A DNA stretch of 63,400 nucleotides, the filler included, from Octopus bimaculoides (lineage: Eukaryota): assembly GCF_001194135.2 (NCBI RefSeq). It is 4 parts of 4 records of this genome, joined end to end, with 100 filler letters (N's around TTAATTAATTAA, not from the genome) between each part and the next. Parts side by side here need not be neighbours in the genome. Positions count along the whole stretch, not along the records: positions 1 to 16,945 come from NC_068992.1; 3 more parts are not named here. One strand, written 5' to 3'. Made by a program: the position numbers and the translations under genes. The notes beneath the pieces were generated by a model, which saw only the letters and a list, made by a program, of their open reading frames with translations, was not told the DNA's origin and did not search any database. Below, piece after piece: positions 1 to 13,363 of this stretch (its first letter is position 1; each line of letters starts with the position of its first letter).

Positions 1-32
1 ATATAGATAGATAGATAGATATATGTAGGTAT

Positions 33-66
<34 letters not shown>

Positions 67-1271
67 ATACCTATATATATATATATAGATAGATATATGT
101 AGGTGTAGATATATATATATATACATAGGTATATATCTATATATACATCATTATATATATATGTATATATATATATACAGAGAGAGAGAGAGAGAGATAG
201 AGATACGTAGGTATATATATATATAAATATATACACACACATAGTTGCAGGCATAAGCATGTATGTATGTATATAGGTATGTATGTGTGTCCTGAGTATG
301 ACTTGAAACTGAATCCAATAGTGGGGCCCAGGGTTCCCAGGTCTACTCTGACCTGGAATAGCAGCACCTGTTAGGGTTCCAGCTATGGGTCAATTGGCAT
401 GTTATGGAAGAAACTCTGCCTTGTGAGTGTCTTGGGAAAAGAAAAGGCTAAGGAGATCAACCTTGACAGCAACTAAGAAGTGGAGCCCTTTAGGCAGTCT
501 GATGCCCTCTTTGATATTCTTCAAGTAACTCCAGAGTACGTGGAACTTCCCAAGCCTTTAAGATGAATTTGTTTATGAGAAGGCCACTCCAATGTAAAAC
601 CCACAGCTTGATGGTCACTACAGTAGTCTTAGCCTGCTGAGCCACTGTGATCCAAAATCCAAGTCTAAGCTGGGGGATTGGCTTGGGCGGCTGACTCACA
701 CTTTAAAATTACTAAGTGCAGGCAGAAAGAAAGCTTTGCTGTGTCAAGGATTGGTTTACATAGCCACTTGACAAAATGCTTCTCTTCTTTATTATGTATG
801 TATGTGTGTGTTTATGTATGTATTTATGTATGTGTGTGTGTTTATGTATGTATCTATGTATGTGTGTGTGTGTGTGTGATTGTTTCAGAATGTGTGTGAG
901 TTTAGGACTGTGTTTGTATTTATAATAGATTTATCTGTGTATTCATGTATGCTTATCTATATATGTGTGTGTATATATATAATTGTTCTTTATTAAAACA
1001 CAGTAAAAACAACATCCTAATTTTCTTTTCTTTTAATATCTTTTATTTATTTTGTATTCGGCTTAATTGGACAAGTTCATAAATAGCGGAATTAACCATT
1101 GGCCCAGCCTTAATATGGAAACATTCACTTGGAAACATTCACAATTACAAACAGCTGCCTGCTTGTCTCTGTATCAAAATCATTTTATCTTTCTGAACAA
1201 TTTTTATCAGTCTTCCTTTTATCTGATTTTCAGTGCTTATCTAACTGTCCGTCTGTTTCTCTCTCTCTCTC

Positions 1272-1332
<61 letters not shown>

Positions 1333-1541
1333 CTTATTTGTAACACTGAAAGAAAGGTATATCACATACATTTGTAAATATATATTTGTGTGTGCCTGTG
1401 TGTGTAAACAAAGCGAGGGAGAGACATAAAAAGACAGGCAAAAAGGAAACAAACAAGTGACGAATTCTTGGAGCCAAAATGTAAGTTATTAATCAGCTTT
1501 TCTTAAATCATTAATTATTTTCAATCTTTTCCTTTTTTGTA

Positions 1542-2600
1542 TTAGGGCTACCAAAAAGTAATGTCGCATTTTGAGTAATGAGTTCAATTCATTATAATTC
1601 ATATCGTAAATATATTTATTCCTTCAAAATATAATTGCCATCATAAGGAATAGCATTTTTACCACTTCAAAACCAGTTTTTTTGATTTCTCAGGCAAAAA
1701 TTTAGGTTCTTTAGAAGAGAAAATGTTTAGGGTGTTGTTTCAAAACTGTCTCTGCTTCTGAATGTTTTTCCACCGGTAAAATGTCCAAGTGATCTAAATA
1801 AGTTAAAATCAGACAGCACTAGGTCTGGTGATTAGAGATGGTGAGATAGAACTTCCTAGCCCAATGAGTTTATCCATTTTTTAAATTTTATTTTAGCTAA
1901 TCTTCACTGAATGTGACTATGCAATATTATTATGTTACAGAATTCAAATTCTGCCAAGCTTGACTTTACTTTTTATCTTTTAGGGGTTGATAGAACAAGT
2001 ACCAGTCAAGTAGTGGGGTCGATGTAATTGACTAGCCACTACCCTCAAAAACAACTGGCCCTGTGCCAAAATTTGAAATTATTTATCATGTTACAGGATG
2101 AGTTCCTCTCCCTTGACAGGATCTGGTTGTTGTTTTGAACAAAACTTGATAGACACGTTCAAGTTGTTGACAAAATAGAATTCTGTGGTGATACTTTTCC
2201 CTTTTTCCAATAATTCAAAGTGAACAATGTCTATTGTATTCCACCAAATGTACTGCAAAATCTTCTTTGGCTGTTAGAATTGGAATTCATTTGATAATAG
2301 CCACGGTTTCTTATGCATTTTATTGGCATATCTATTTCTCATTACCCAATATAAATCAGTTAAGAAACGATGTATGTTTATTCTTGATTAGGAAATTGTT
2401 GAATGCACTGCTTTATTCTCAGGGTACAGCTCATGAGGTACCCACATCCCTTTTCTACACACTTTCCAAATTTGCTTGTGATAATCTTGTGCAGTGGACC
2501 AAGATCTATTAAGCTTCCAAGATAAGTCCCTAATATTTTGACATGAATACTCTGCAATTGCTGATTGCCTGAACATATGGACTTACAATACAGTACCTCC
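1542..2600 (-). mobile_element. Degenerate mariner transposon, interrupted by a SINE
   Basis: Minus-strand fragments GMWVPHEL, a YCQQLE-like segment and SPDLVLSDFNLFRSL. TIR-like end ttagggctaccaaaaagtaatgtcgc follows a TA. Confidence 0.8.
1946..2085 (+). mobile_element. SINE fragment (family with tcaaattc...gacttt...aagtaccagt...ggggtcgat core) nested in the mariner
   Basis: Same core as the copies at 19655, 21050, 28450 and 37810. Confidence 0.7.
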
Positions 2601-2692
2601 AATAATAATGCAGGTGGGCTATTCAAGAATTCTAATACTAAAAGACTTTTACACCTTTGCCATGTATTTTCTATGCATATATATATATATAT

Positions 2693-2838
2693 ATATCATC
2701 ATCATCATCATCATCGTTTAACGTCCGCTTTCCATGCTAGCATGGGTTGGACGATTTGACTGAGGACTGGTGAAACCGGATGGCAACACCAGGCTCCAGT
2801 CTGATTTGGCAGAGTTTCTACAGCTGGATGCCCTTCAT
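2693..2838 (-). mobile_element. RTE LINE 3-prime end fragment with (GAT)n tail
   Basis: catcatcatcgtttaacgtccgctttccatgctagcatgggttgg, near-identical to the tail of the LINE at 5024. Confidence 0.75.
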
Positions 2839-3031
2839 CGCTAGCCACTAAACCTTTTTCTATTTTCTCTCTCTGTTTATTTCTGTGTTCCTTTCTGTTG
2901 AAGAGTGTAGGCTTGAAATGTAAAAGACTGTCTCACTTCCTGAACGTTAAACTAATACATCTATTTGTTGTTTACACACCCGTCTTTGTCATTTGTTTTT
3001 TGTAAATTCTCACTATACATACATACATACA

Positions 3032-3067
<36 letters not shown>

Positions 3068-3651
3068 NNNNNNNNNNNNNNNNNNNNNNNNNNNNNNNNN
3101 NNNNNNNNNNNNNNNNNNNNNNNNNNNNNNNNNNNNNNNNNNNNNNNNNNNNNNNNNNNNNNNNNNNNNNNNNNNNNNNNNNNNNNNNNNNNNNNNNNNN
3201 NNNNNNNNNNNNNNNNNNNNNNNNNNNNNNNNNNNNNNNNNNNNNNNNNNNNNNNNNNNNNNNNNNNNNNNNNNNNNNNNNNNNNNNNNNNNNNNNNNNN
3301 NNNNNNNNNNNNNNNNNNNNNNNNNNNNNNNNNNNNNNNNNNNNNNNNNNNNNNNNNNNNNNNNNNNNNNNNNNNNNNNNNNNNNNNNNNNNNNNNNNNN
3401 NNNNNNNNNNNNNNNNNNNNNNNNNNNNNNNNNNNNNNNNNNNNNNNNNNNNNNNNNNNNNNNNNNNNNNNNNNNNNNNNNNNNNNNNNNNNNNNNNNNN
3501 NNNNNNNNNNNNNNNNNNNNNNNNNNNNNNNNNNNNNNNNNNNNNNNNNNNNNNNNNNNNNNNNNNNNNNNNNNNNNNNNNNNNNNNNNNNNNNNNNNNN
3601 NNNNNNNNNNNNNNNNNNNNNNNNNNNNNNNNNNNNNNNNNNNNNNNNNNN

Positions 3652-4380
3652 ACGTGCCAGTAAGGCTAGTAACGATCACGCTCAAATGGTGCTATTTACG
3701 TACCACTGGCATGGAAGCCAGACAGCTGCTCTGGCAATGATCATGCTTGGACGGTGCTCTTAGCGCTCTACTGACACAGGTGCCAGTCATCGAATTTGGT
3801 TCAATCACGATTTCGATTTCACATTCACTGGATGTGTAATGTCAGTGTGCATACTTGACAGAGTGTAAGTGAGAGAAAAGTTGGACCTGAGAAACATCAG
3901 TTGTGGTGTGCAAGAGAGACGATTGCGCTGGTATGGTCATGTGGTGAGAATGGATGAGGATAGCACCGTCCAAGCATGATCATTGCCAGAGCAGCTGTGT
4001 GGCTTCCGTGCCAGTGGTACATAAATAGCACCATTTGAATGTGGTCGTTACCAGCATTGCCTTACTGGCACTTGTGCTGGTGGCATGTGAAAAACACATG
4101 AGCAAGGTCGTTACCAGTGCCGCTGGACTGGCTCCTGTGCAGGTGGCACATAAAAAACACCATTTTGAGCGTGGCCGCAGCCAGTACCGCGTGACTGGCC
4201 CCTGTGCTGGTGGCACATAAAACACTCACTACATTCTCAGAGTGTTTGGCATTAGGAAGGGCATCCAGTTGTAGAAACTCTGCCAGATCAGACTGGAGCC
4301 TGGTGCAGCCTTCTGGTCCACCGGTCCTCAATCAAATCGTCCAACCCATGTTAGCATGGAAGGCAGACAGAACGAAAATG
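3652..4380 (+). mobile_element. RTE 3-prime-UTR-derived element with internal GC-rich subrepeats
   Basis: Ends in aggaagggcatccag...ccaacccatgttagcatggaag like the other copies; repeated gtgccag/gtggcacat units. Confidence 0.65.
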
Positions 4381-5023
4381 CTACTTTTTAAAATTAGGTA
4401 CATTTGAATTTCTTTATATANNNNNNNNNNNNNNNNNNNNNNNNNNNNNNNNNNNNNNNNNNNNNNNNNNNNNNNNNNNNNNNNNNNNNNNNNNNNNNNN
4501 NNNNNNNNNNNNNNNNNNNNNNNNNNNNNNNNNNNNNNNNNNNNNNNNNNNNNNNNNNNNNNNNNNNNNNNNNNNNNNNNNNNNNNNNNNNNNNNNNNNN
4601 NNNNNNNNNNNNNNNNNNNNNNNNNNNNNNNNNNNNNNNNNNNNNNNNNNNNNNNNNNNNNNNNNNNNNNNNNNNNNNNNNNNNNNNNNNNNNNNNNNNN
4701 NNNNNNNNNNNNNNNNNNNNNNNNNNNNNNNNNNNNNNNNNNNNNNNNNNNNNNNNNNNNNNNNNNNNNNNNNNNNNNNNNNNNNNNNNNNNNNNNNNNN
4801 NNNNNNNNNNNNNNNNNNNNNNNNNNNNNNNNNNNNNNNNNNNAAAATACGTACTAAAATGGAATATATAGAGAAAAAAGTTATTAATAAAATTATTAAA
4901 ATAAACGTTCATAGTGTACTTTTCTTTTTCCTGCAAGAGCACGTGGTAATTTCTTTTAATTTTTGTGGCATTACTAGTGACACTGTCTGTGGTGGTAAAT
5001 TAAGTAGTCTGGTCAAGGCTGTG

Positions 5024-7300
5024 ATCATCATCACCATCATCATCGTTTAACGTCCGTTTTCCATGCTAGCATGGGTTGGATGGTTCGACCAGGGTCTGGG
5101 AAGCCAGGAGGCTGCACCAGGCTCCAGTCTCATCTGGCAGTGTTTCTATAGTTGGATGCCCATCCTAACGCCAACCATTTCATGAGTGTAGTGGGTGCTT
5201 TTTACGTACCACTGGCACAGGGGCCAGAAGATGCTGGCAACAGCCATGTTTGGACGGTGCTTTTTACGTGTCACCTGCACGGGTATCACAGCTACAATTT
5301 CCATTTGATTTTTATTTTGATGTTAATGTACTTGACTCAATAGGTCTCCTCAAGCACAGCAGGTTGCCTTACGATCCAATGTACTTTTGAATGGGCTGGA
5401 GCTGGTTATGCGAAACTGGTGTAGGATACAGCCTTGAACTCACTTTATTTGCTGGGTCTTCGCAGTCACAGCATATTTCCAGAGGTATCGGTCTTTTGTC
5501 ATTGCCTCTGTGAGGTCCAACGTTCGAAGGTCATGCTTGACCACCTCATCCCATGTCTTCCTGGGTCTACCTCTACCCTGGATTCCTTCAACTGTTTGGG
5601 AGTGGCACTTATTCACACATCTCTCCTCATCCATCCATATTACATACTAGCGCAAATGTCTCTCTTGCACGCCACATCCGATGCTACTTATGTCCAACAT
5701 TTCTCTTAGAGCACTTACACTCTGTCGTGTGTGCACACTGACATTACACATCCAGCGGATCATGCTAGCTTAATTTCTTTCGAGCCTATGCATGTCCTCC
5801 GTAGTCATGGCCCATGTTTCACTGCCGTGAAGCATGGCAGTTCACACACATGCATCGTATAATCTACCTTTCACTTTGAGCGAGAGGCCCTTTGTCACCA
5901 GTAGGCGTAGAAGCTTTCTAAACTTGCCCAGGCTATTCTTGTTCTAGTGGTAACACTCTCTGAGCATCCACCCCCACTACTAACTTGGTCACCTAGGCAG
6001 CAGAAGCTATCAACTACTTCTAGTTTCTCCCCCTGGAGTGTGATGGAATCTGTTTTCTGAGCATCTGTGGTGTTTATTGCCCCTGTGCGCCTGCTGCACA
6101 CGAAAGCTATTTTCCTGGTTAATCTTCCTTTGAAGTTTCTGCACCTCTTATGTGTCCATAGCTTACACTGGGTACATCTTATGGTGTTTCTACCTACACT
6201 TTTTCTACAGATCGAACAGGGCCACCTACCTGACGGGGTGTGTGATGTGTTCGCTTTCCTACTTACTAGAACTTTGGCCTTTGTTACATTGATTCTACCG
6301 CCTTTCGATTCTAAATCTTGCTTCCACACCCAAAATTTCTTTTCTAGTTCTGGTAGTGATTCTGCTATATGAGCCAGGTCATCAGCATAGAGGAGCTCCC
6401 AGGGACAAACCCGTCTTGAATTCCTCTGTTATTGCCTGGAGGACTATGATGAATAAAAGGGGACTGAGGGCTGAACCTTGGTGGACCCCTACTTCTACCC
6501 AGAATTCTTCACTGTACTCATTGTCACACCTAACCTTACTAATGGCCTCTCTGTATAGGGCCTGTACAGCCCTTATTAACTATTCGTCAATCCCCAGTTT
6601 CCGCATCGCCCACCAAATAGGGGAGGCGTTTATCTTTAGCTAGGTGTTTCTCCTGCAGTTGTCGAACCAGGAATATGGCATCAGTGATGCTTCTACCCGG
6701 CACAAAACTGAACTGCATCTCATCTAAGCAGACTCTCTCCCTAATGAGATGGGCTATGACCCTCTCCGTGACCTTCATCACCTGATCCAGCAGTTTGATA
6801 CCCCTGTAGCTATTTCTATCTAGAGCATCACCTTTACCCATATAGCAGTTGACTATGGTGCTGCTACGCCAGTCATTGGGTATGACTCCTTCGTGTATCA
6901 CCTGGTTTACAATACAGGTGACTAGGCTATAGCCGACACTGCTGGATATTTTGAGCATCTCTGCAGTGATTCCTGATGGGCCGGGGGCCTTTCCTGGCTT
7001 CATACCCTTAATTGCTTTATCTACCAGGGAGCTGTCTATTTGGATAGCTGGTCCCTCTACTGGGTCAACATTTGGCAGGCTCTCCTCCTCCCATTCATTC
7101 TCCACGTTCAGCAGTCTTTCATAATGGCTTCTCCAAGCCTCTTTCTTTTCTGAATGATTAAAAGCAAGTGCACCATCATCCATGCGGACACATTTCTCTC
7201 CTGTGACATCATGATTTTCTCTCATCCAGTCTTGCAATCTGAAATACCTCAATTCTTTGGACCTCACATCGCTAGACATTGGCAAACTTCTTCTTTTTTG
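5024..7300 (-). mobile_element. 5-prime-truncated, disrupted RTE-clade LINE (RT, internal Cys-rich finger, 3-prime UTR, (GAT)n tail)
   Basis: YRGIKLL, QFSFVPGRSITDAIF, GVHQGSALSP, YADD at 6378-6389 and CSICRKSVGRNTIRCTQCKLWTHKRC; frameshifts present. Confidence 0.92.
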
Positions 7301-7623
7301 CTTCTTGAAATTCTTCTAAAGGATATTTAGATCTACTTGTCACACATGAAGAATTTCCTTGGATGTGTTTTCTACTCGCATTTATTGGTGTCTGTTGTTT
7401 GATATAGTTAACCAAATTTGTTTAAAACTGAGTGCTTTATTGGTATTTGCCTGAATTTTTAAATCTATATTTTTCTCTTCTTACCACATATATTATATAT
7501 ATACATATATAGGTCTATCTATCTATCAATCAGTCTGTCTGCCTCTCTGTCTCTCTAGGTGCGTGTATGTGTGAGTGTGTGTGCATGCGTATACACGTAC
7601 ATGAGTGTGTGTATATAAATATA

Positions 7624-7657
<34 letters not shown>

Positions 7658-7690
7658 TGCGTATACACGTACATGAGTGTGTGTATATAA

Positions 7691-7722
<32 letters not shown>

Positions 7723-7859
7723 ATGTGTGTCCCACCCATGGTAGCATGGAACATGGACATTAAATGATGATGATACAGGATGTTAGTACTGACAGAAAAG
7801 AAAACATAATATCCCATCCCAAAATAAAAGAATTAAAAAAAATTAAAAAAACATTAACT

Positions 7860-8540
7860 AGGTTATGGCTGAGAGATGATAATTTATGCAAAGTAGCTGC
7901 TCTCAGCTTCCACGATGGTCTGAACACAGCTCTGGAACCTAGTGCATGTGTTCTTCATTGTGTCCCTGGGAAGCTCTTCAAACACTTCTTTGATCCTGGC
8001 CACCAAGTTGGTCTTGGTGCTGGTGGCAGAGTGGTTGGTGTCTTTCTCAACTACACCCCACTGATAGTAATCCATGGGAATACAATCAAGGGAATTAGGA
8101 AGCCAGAAATTGGAGCTGGTAAAGTTGTAGAAATTCTCCAGCAACCACTTCTGACTCTTTTCAGAAATATGACAAAGTGTCAAATCCTGCTGCTACACAC
8201 ATGGTCTTCCAGCAGCAAGCCTCTCCAGTTTGACCACAGTTTTCAACAGCTTCATATAGGCATCTGAATTGAGTCTAAGGCCCTGTTCAAAGATGTGGGC
8301 AATCAGATGCAGTCAGAATGCCTGCTGTGTCCCTTCCTGTGTTGGCCACACTTTTGTACTCTCCATTGTTGCTGACCATGTCACATCTTACAGCCTTTAC
8401 AGTGTTTACAGAACATTGAGCAACAGTCATGATGTTGGTGTCACCATGTGTAGTTGGTAATGGATATAGATGAGTTGGTGAATGAAGATCTATTTCGTTG
8501 GTTGCATGAATAATTGAAGCAAAACCCATGAAATTTTAAC
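7860..8540 (-). mobile_element. Degenerate Tc1/mariner transposon, maT (Bmmar1-like) type
   Basis: WLPNSLDCIPMDYYQW resembles WPxxSPDLNPLDY; C-terminus ...CTRFQSCVQTIVEAESSYF; HTH-like N-terminal remnant. Homologous to the copy at 57090. Confidence 0.75.
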
Positions 8541-8549
8541 TGAAATAGT

Positions 8550-9020
8550 CACATTGAGTCTTGGTCTCATGTGTTTATTAGGGATGATTCTGTCAAAGGA
8601 CCCCTTGTTTCTCCCTACAAAGGACCCTATCGTGTGCTTTCTCGCACTCCAAAGTTTTTCAAGGTNNNNNNNNNNGGACCCTATCGTGTGCTTTCTCGCA
8701 CTCCAAAGTTTTTCAAGGTCGACGCTAATGGTCATACAGAAATTGTGTCTGTCGACCGTCTGAAAAAAGCGTACCTTGACAAACCTTCACCTCCAGTGGA
8801 CGACGTGCCCGTGTTTCAAATGCCGCACACACCACTATCACCACACACATTGTCAACGCCTTTACCAATGCATACACCAACATCAGCACCATCACAATCA
8901 CACACACCAACAATTACACCACCTTCGTCGTTGCAAAGGAACCCTAGCGAACCTTATGTCACTAGGTTTGGCAGGACGGTGCATTGGCCCAAGAAATTGG
9001 AAAAAACTATTTACGTTTAA
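8550..9020 (+). mobile_element. Ty3/Gypsy integrase C-terminus (GPY/F module)
   Basis: HVFIRDDSVKGPLVSPYKGPYRVLSR...VSVDRLKKAY...YVTRFGRTV. Confidence 0.9.
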
Positions 9021-9169
9021 TTTATTGTGTTTTACTGGACAATTTCAGTTTTGTTTTTTTTTCTTTATATATTTGTGCCGCATTTTCTGCGTGGTTTCGG
9101 TGGCCATCTCACCTCAGACGTCCCTCCAACATTTTTTAATTTCGTGTTCCACACTCAAGGGGGAGCCAT

Positions 9170-9609
9170 TGTAGTGACGTCATATTGGCGCCAAAAAGGC
9201 ATAGTCGCCATTGCTGCATCCTTAACCACGCATGCGTGGATTTCAACATCCAAGCGTTCCCGCTTCTATTCTGTCTCTTACCACGCCAGATAGCGAACAA
9301 GCAAGACGGTCTAAAACAAGCTCTCATTGGGTGTGGAATAAGCAAGTTGTCTCTCCAACGATTCATCTCTAGGGACAGTACATCTACATTCAGGCTACTC
9401 AGAAACCGGACAATTGGAAGCTGTATATTTTCCACCATAAATAAATATTGTTGTTGTTGATCAGTTTGGAGTTCTGCGTTCCGTTCACTTCTAATTTAAT
9501 ATAGGAAAGTCAGGTGTACATCTAATGATGTATAACCCACTTTCCTAAATACTCATGCCTATTTCATTTGACCGGTTAGTGGTTGTCCAACCGTAGCTAA
9601 GCCAAGACA
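9170..9609 (+). mobile_element. Gypsy 3-prime LTR; right end approximate
   Basis: Polypurine tract agggggagcca immediately before TGTAGT at 9170; AATAAA at 9440; candidate CA end at 9609. Confidence 0.7.
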
Positions 9610-9644
9610 GTTTAAAACAATAGATGACCAATTAGATGAGGAGA

Positions 9645-10020
9645 CTGAACAGCACGAGGAGAGAGCTTGTCCGTCTTAGAGGACAGAGCAAAAGTGAGGG
9701 GCTTGTGATCAGTATAAATCACAAACTCTCGTCCCTCGAGCTGGTGTTGAAAATGCCGAATCGACAGATAGATCGCCAATAGCTCACGATCAAAAGTACT
9801 ATACCTGCGTTCGGCAGGCTGCAATTTACAAGAAAAGAAAGCCAAAGGTTTTGTTTGATTGTCTACAGTGTGCTGCAAAACAGCACCGACCGCAGAATCG
9901 GAAGCATCCACAGATAAAGAAAGCGGAGCATCAGGAACGGGATGTGCAAGAACAGGAACGGAGGATAACTCCTGTTTCACAGACTCAAAAGCAGATAACG
10001 CCTCATCAGTAAGAGTGAGT
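9645..10020 (-). mobile_element. Gypsy pol RNase H fragment
   Basis: VDASDSAVGAVLQ, LAFFS, ERRYSTFDRELLAIY, YTDHKPL. Confidence 0.93.
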
Positions 10021-10887
10021 NNNNNNNNNNNNNNNNNNNNNNNNNNNNNNNNNNNNNNNNNNNNNNNNNNNNNNNNNNNNNNNNNNNNNNNNNNNNNNNN
10101 NNNNNNNNNNNNNNNNNNNNNNNNNNNNNNNNNNNNNNNNNNNNNNNNNNNNNNNNNNNNNNNNNNNNNNNNNNNNNNNNNNNNNNNNNNNNNNNNNNNN
10201 NNNNNNNNNNNNNNNNNNNNNNNNNNNNNNNNNNNNNNNNNNNNNNNNNNNNNNNNNNNNNNNNNNNNNNNNNNNNNNNNNNNNNNNNNNNNNNNNNNNN
10301 NNNNNNNNNNNNNNNNNNNNNNNNNNNNNNNNNNNNNNNNNNNNNNNNNNNNNNNNNNNNNNNNNNNNNNNNNNNNNNNNNNNNNNNNNNNNNNNNNNNN
10401 NNNNNNNNNNNNNNNNNNNNNNNNNNNNNNNNNNNNNNNNNNNNNNNNNNNNNNNNNNNNNNNNNNNNNNNNNNNNNNNNNNNNNNNNNNNNNNNNNNNN
10501 NNNNNNNNNNNNNNNNNNNNNNNNNNNNNNNNNNNNNNNNNNNNNNNNNNNNNNNNNNNNNNNNNNNNNNNNNNNNNNNNNNNNNNNNCTTTGTATGACG
10601 GCCTGTCTTTGATTATGTTCTTATATGTCGCATTCACACTCTCACACAGGCATACATCTTTAACGCTACAATAAATATCTCTGTTATTCATCTTATACGG
10701 TTGTGGTCTTTCATTACTGGTCATCTATGTTATCGTCGTATAAGATATCATGTATATCATCTTTGATACATAATTTTGTGTTCGACCGTGTGACACGTTT
10801 AAATAAAAGGAGTCCTCTGTTTTTCCATTCGTCACCATTTCTCCTTTTTAAGTTCGCACGGTCGTTCCTTACATATTTATATACGTG

Positions 10888-10927
<40 letters not shown>

Positions 10928-11515
10928 TACATACATACATACATACATACATACATACTCACATACCTGTATATACTTATATAAACGGAGTGTATAAAAA
11001 TAATGCAAAGACTAAATAAATTATCAAGAAGTTTATATGCGGATATAAATAAATATTCGTATGTATGTATACACACATACACAACCACACTACAATAAGG
11101 GGTAAAGTAACAAAACAATAACACAGCAATACTATAAGACTGCTCGTATATATCTTCTTGGTATGTTGTCGTTAAACACTAAGATTACGTCTAAAATACA
11201 GTCTCCGGTTACTCACTAAAACTCCTACATATATAAACTATACCTACATATCAAATTGTAGTTATTTTTGGTAAAAATATAATCAAAGACTATTGTACCC
11301 GACCAATTGCCTTAGATTATGGTTAAAATTTACTATGTCTGACAGCAGGATTCCCTATATAGTTGAGTCACTTAACTAATAAACTCCTAAGGTAGTTATT
11401 CATAAACTTAGTGATTCTTCTATTTCTATATCTAATTACTTCTACTGTTAAATTTATATCTGGGACACTTTATTTTACAGACAAGAGTGAATGGAGGTAA
11501 CCCTAGATTTGAGTA

Positions 11516-11562
11516 TCTATATATATAAAAATGAGAATGTCTGTCTGTCTGTGTGAATCCCT
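11516..11562 (+). mobile_element. Possible Helitron-like 5-prime terminus running into a gap
   Basis: A|TCtatatatataaaaatgagaatgtctgtctgtctgt resembles non-autonomous Helitron starts; no 3-prime CTAG end verified. Confidence 0.3.
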
Positions 11563-12574
11563 NNNNNNNNNNNNNNNNNNNNNNNNNNNNNNNNNNNNNN
11601 NNNNNNNNNNNNNNNNNNNNNNNNNNNNNNNNNNNNNNNNNNNNNNNNNNNNNNNNNNNNNNTAGGGTTAGGGTTTTTGTCTACACTGACCTCAAGTCCC
11701 TATCTCCTTTATCTCTTAGGTAGAACCTGTTGATATCAGTATTTTTTGTGGAGATTTTCAATTGATGTTCACATGCTAGTGGCATGTGAAAGCACCCATT
11801 ACACTGTTGGAGTGGTTGGCATTAGGAAGGGCATCCAGATGTAGAAATCAGACTGGAACCTAGTGCAGCCTTCCAGCAGTTTGTAAATACATTTAAACAG
11901 AAGAAAGTAAAGAAATACTCCCGTCTACAAACATTTAGAAAAGTCTAATCAACACTGATTGTTTACAAAAGATTTCAAGAATAAAAGGAAAGTTACCATT
12001 TGTCAAGAATATCCAATTCGTTCCATCTACTGCCATGCTGGTTCTTTCTTATTGGAGTATTTTATTCCTTGTTTTACCTCATTTCCTTTGTAAGTTCTCT
12101 TATTTATTTATTTCTGAAATCATTATGTATAATGAAGAGGTTTGTTTTCAGGTCAGTTTCTACTGTATGGTACCTTGGATTAGGGGCTTGTACAACAGCC
12201 TCAGGTGGAACTGGATAGTTGGGGATTCTGTGGTAGCTTGTTGTAGAGTTCATTTTTGTTCCTGTTCTTGGGTGGTTGACTTTATCTGTCACTTGGTTTA
12301 ATCTTTTTGATCCCAAACCACATAATAGTGTCACTCCTGGTTGAATCATAGACATTCCCCGTTTTAAAATGATGTGAAGTAAAAGCTTCCATCAAAATCT
12401 CATTAGCTTCATAATGACAAAGTTATTTCAATGAATTCTTCACAACTTCCAAAATTAATGGCAGTGCATTTCAACAGAAATATGGTGGCTAGAAGTTTAA
12501 TGCTATTGCAGAATTGCTGTACTGCAGTCATCACTGTCATAAAAGCAGTGTCCCTTGTTACCAGTTTCATGAAA

Positions 12575-12692
12575 AAAAGCGAGGGTTGGTGGCAAGAATA
12601 ACATCCAGTTGTAGAAAATCTGCCTCAACAAATTCCGCCTGACCCATGCAAGCACAGAAAAGGTGGATATTGAAATGATGATGATGATGATG
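12575..12692 (+). mobile_element. RTE 3-prime tail fragment
   Basis: catccagttgtagaaaatctgcc...acccatgcaagc...gatgatgatgat. Confidence 0.55.
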
Positions 12693-13166
12693 TTCCATTT
12701 CAGAAATTGCCTATGGTCTTGGTTTCTACTCTGATTTTACTGATTGAAATGTAGAAGAGAATAGCAGAGAAATACTGGCCATAATGATAAAGTAATTCTT
12801 TCCACTGCATTAACATCCGACACTCTGTCATGAAACTAGAGTGGTTGTTGTAGACAAACAAATTTATTCATAAACAAAACATATATAAAAAAAACTTATT
12901 TTCTTGAAAGACAATGTTTGAAGAGTTCCAATTGACATGATTATTCAGATTTTGATGCTTTTCCAAAAGAAATTCTAATGATATACACTAGTTTTCTTTG
13001 AATAACTAGGATGGTGCCCCAGCATAGCCACAGTCTCTGGCTGAAATTGGTTATAAAATACTAGAGAAGAGAAGAATAGAATAACTATTCACAGTATAAA
13101 TATTTTAAAGATGTTTTAAAAATAATTGATAAACATTTTTCTTTTTTTTTTCAAATTATTTGTCAG

Positions 13167-13363
13167 ATACCCAGGCCAGAAAATGGGAAGTGCAAATTTG
13201 TCTCACTGAGGAATACCATCATCACATTCTTGTTACTTTGAACTGGGATAATGGTAAAAACATAACATGTGCAAACGAGGAGAACTGCTTCAAAACTGAA
13301 ATTGAGTTGGATAACAAATCAACACCACAAGTTATTGGTGTTAAACCGTCTATGGAGCTCAAG
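13167..13363 (+). CDS. Unrecognised protein, internal exon 1 of 3 seen (TQARKWEVQICLTEEY...VKPSMELK)
   Basis: T-rich tract plus tgtcag acceptor and AAG|gtaaat donor; open frame, phase 1-0; non-repetitive sequence. Confidence 0.75.

Noticed and set aside
290-700. Moderately GC-rich unique-looking segment with overlapping short ORFs
   Set aside because: No motif or splice evidence; probably an old unclassified repeat.
8625-8720. Direct duplication of ggaccctatcgtgtgctttctcgcactccaaagtttttcaaggt
   Set aside because: The copies flank a 10-N gap; this is an unmerged contig overlap.
11662-11676. Telomere (tagggttagggtt next to a gap)
   Set aside because: Only two units, internal to a block; insufficient evidence.
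11720-11780. Extra upstream exon for the plus-strand gene (tctcttag|GTAGAACC...)
   Set aside because: The frame stops quickly and runs into a repeat without a convincing donor.
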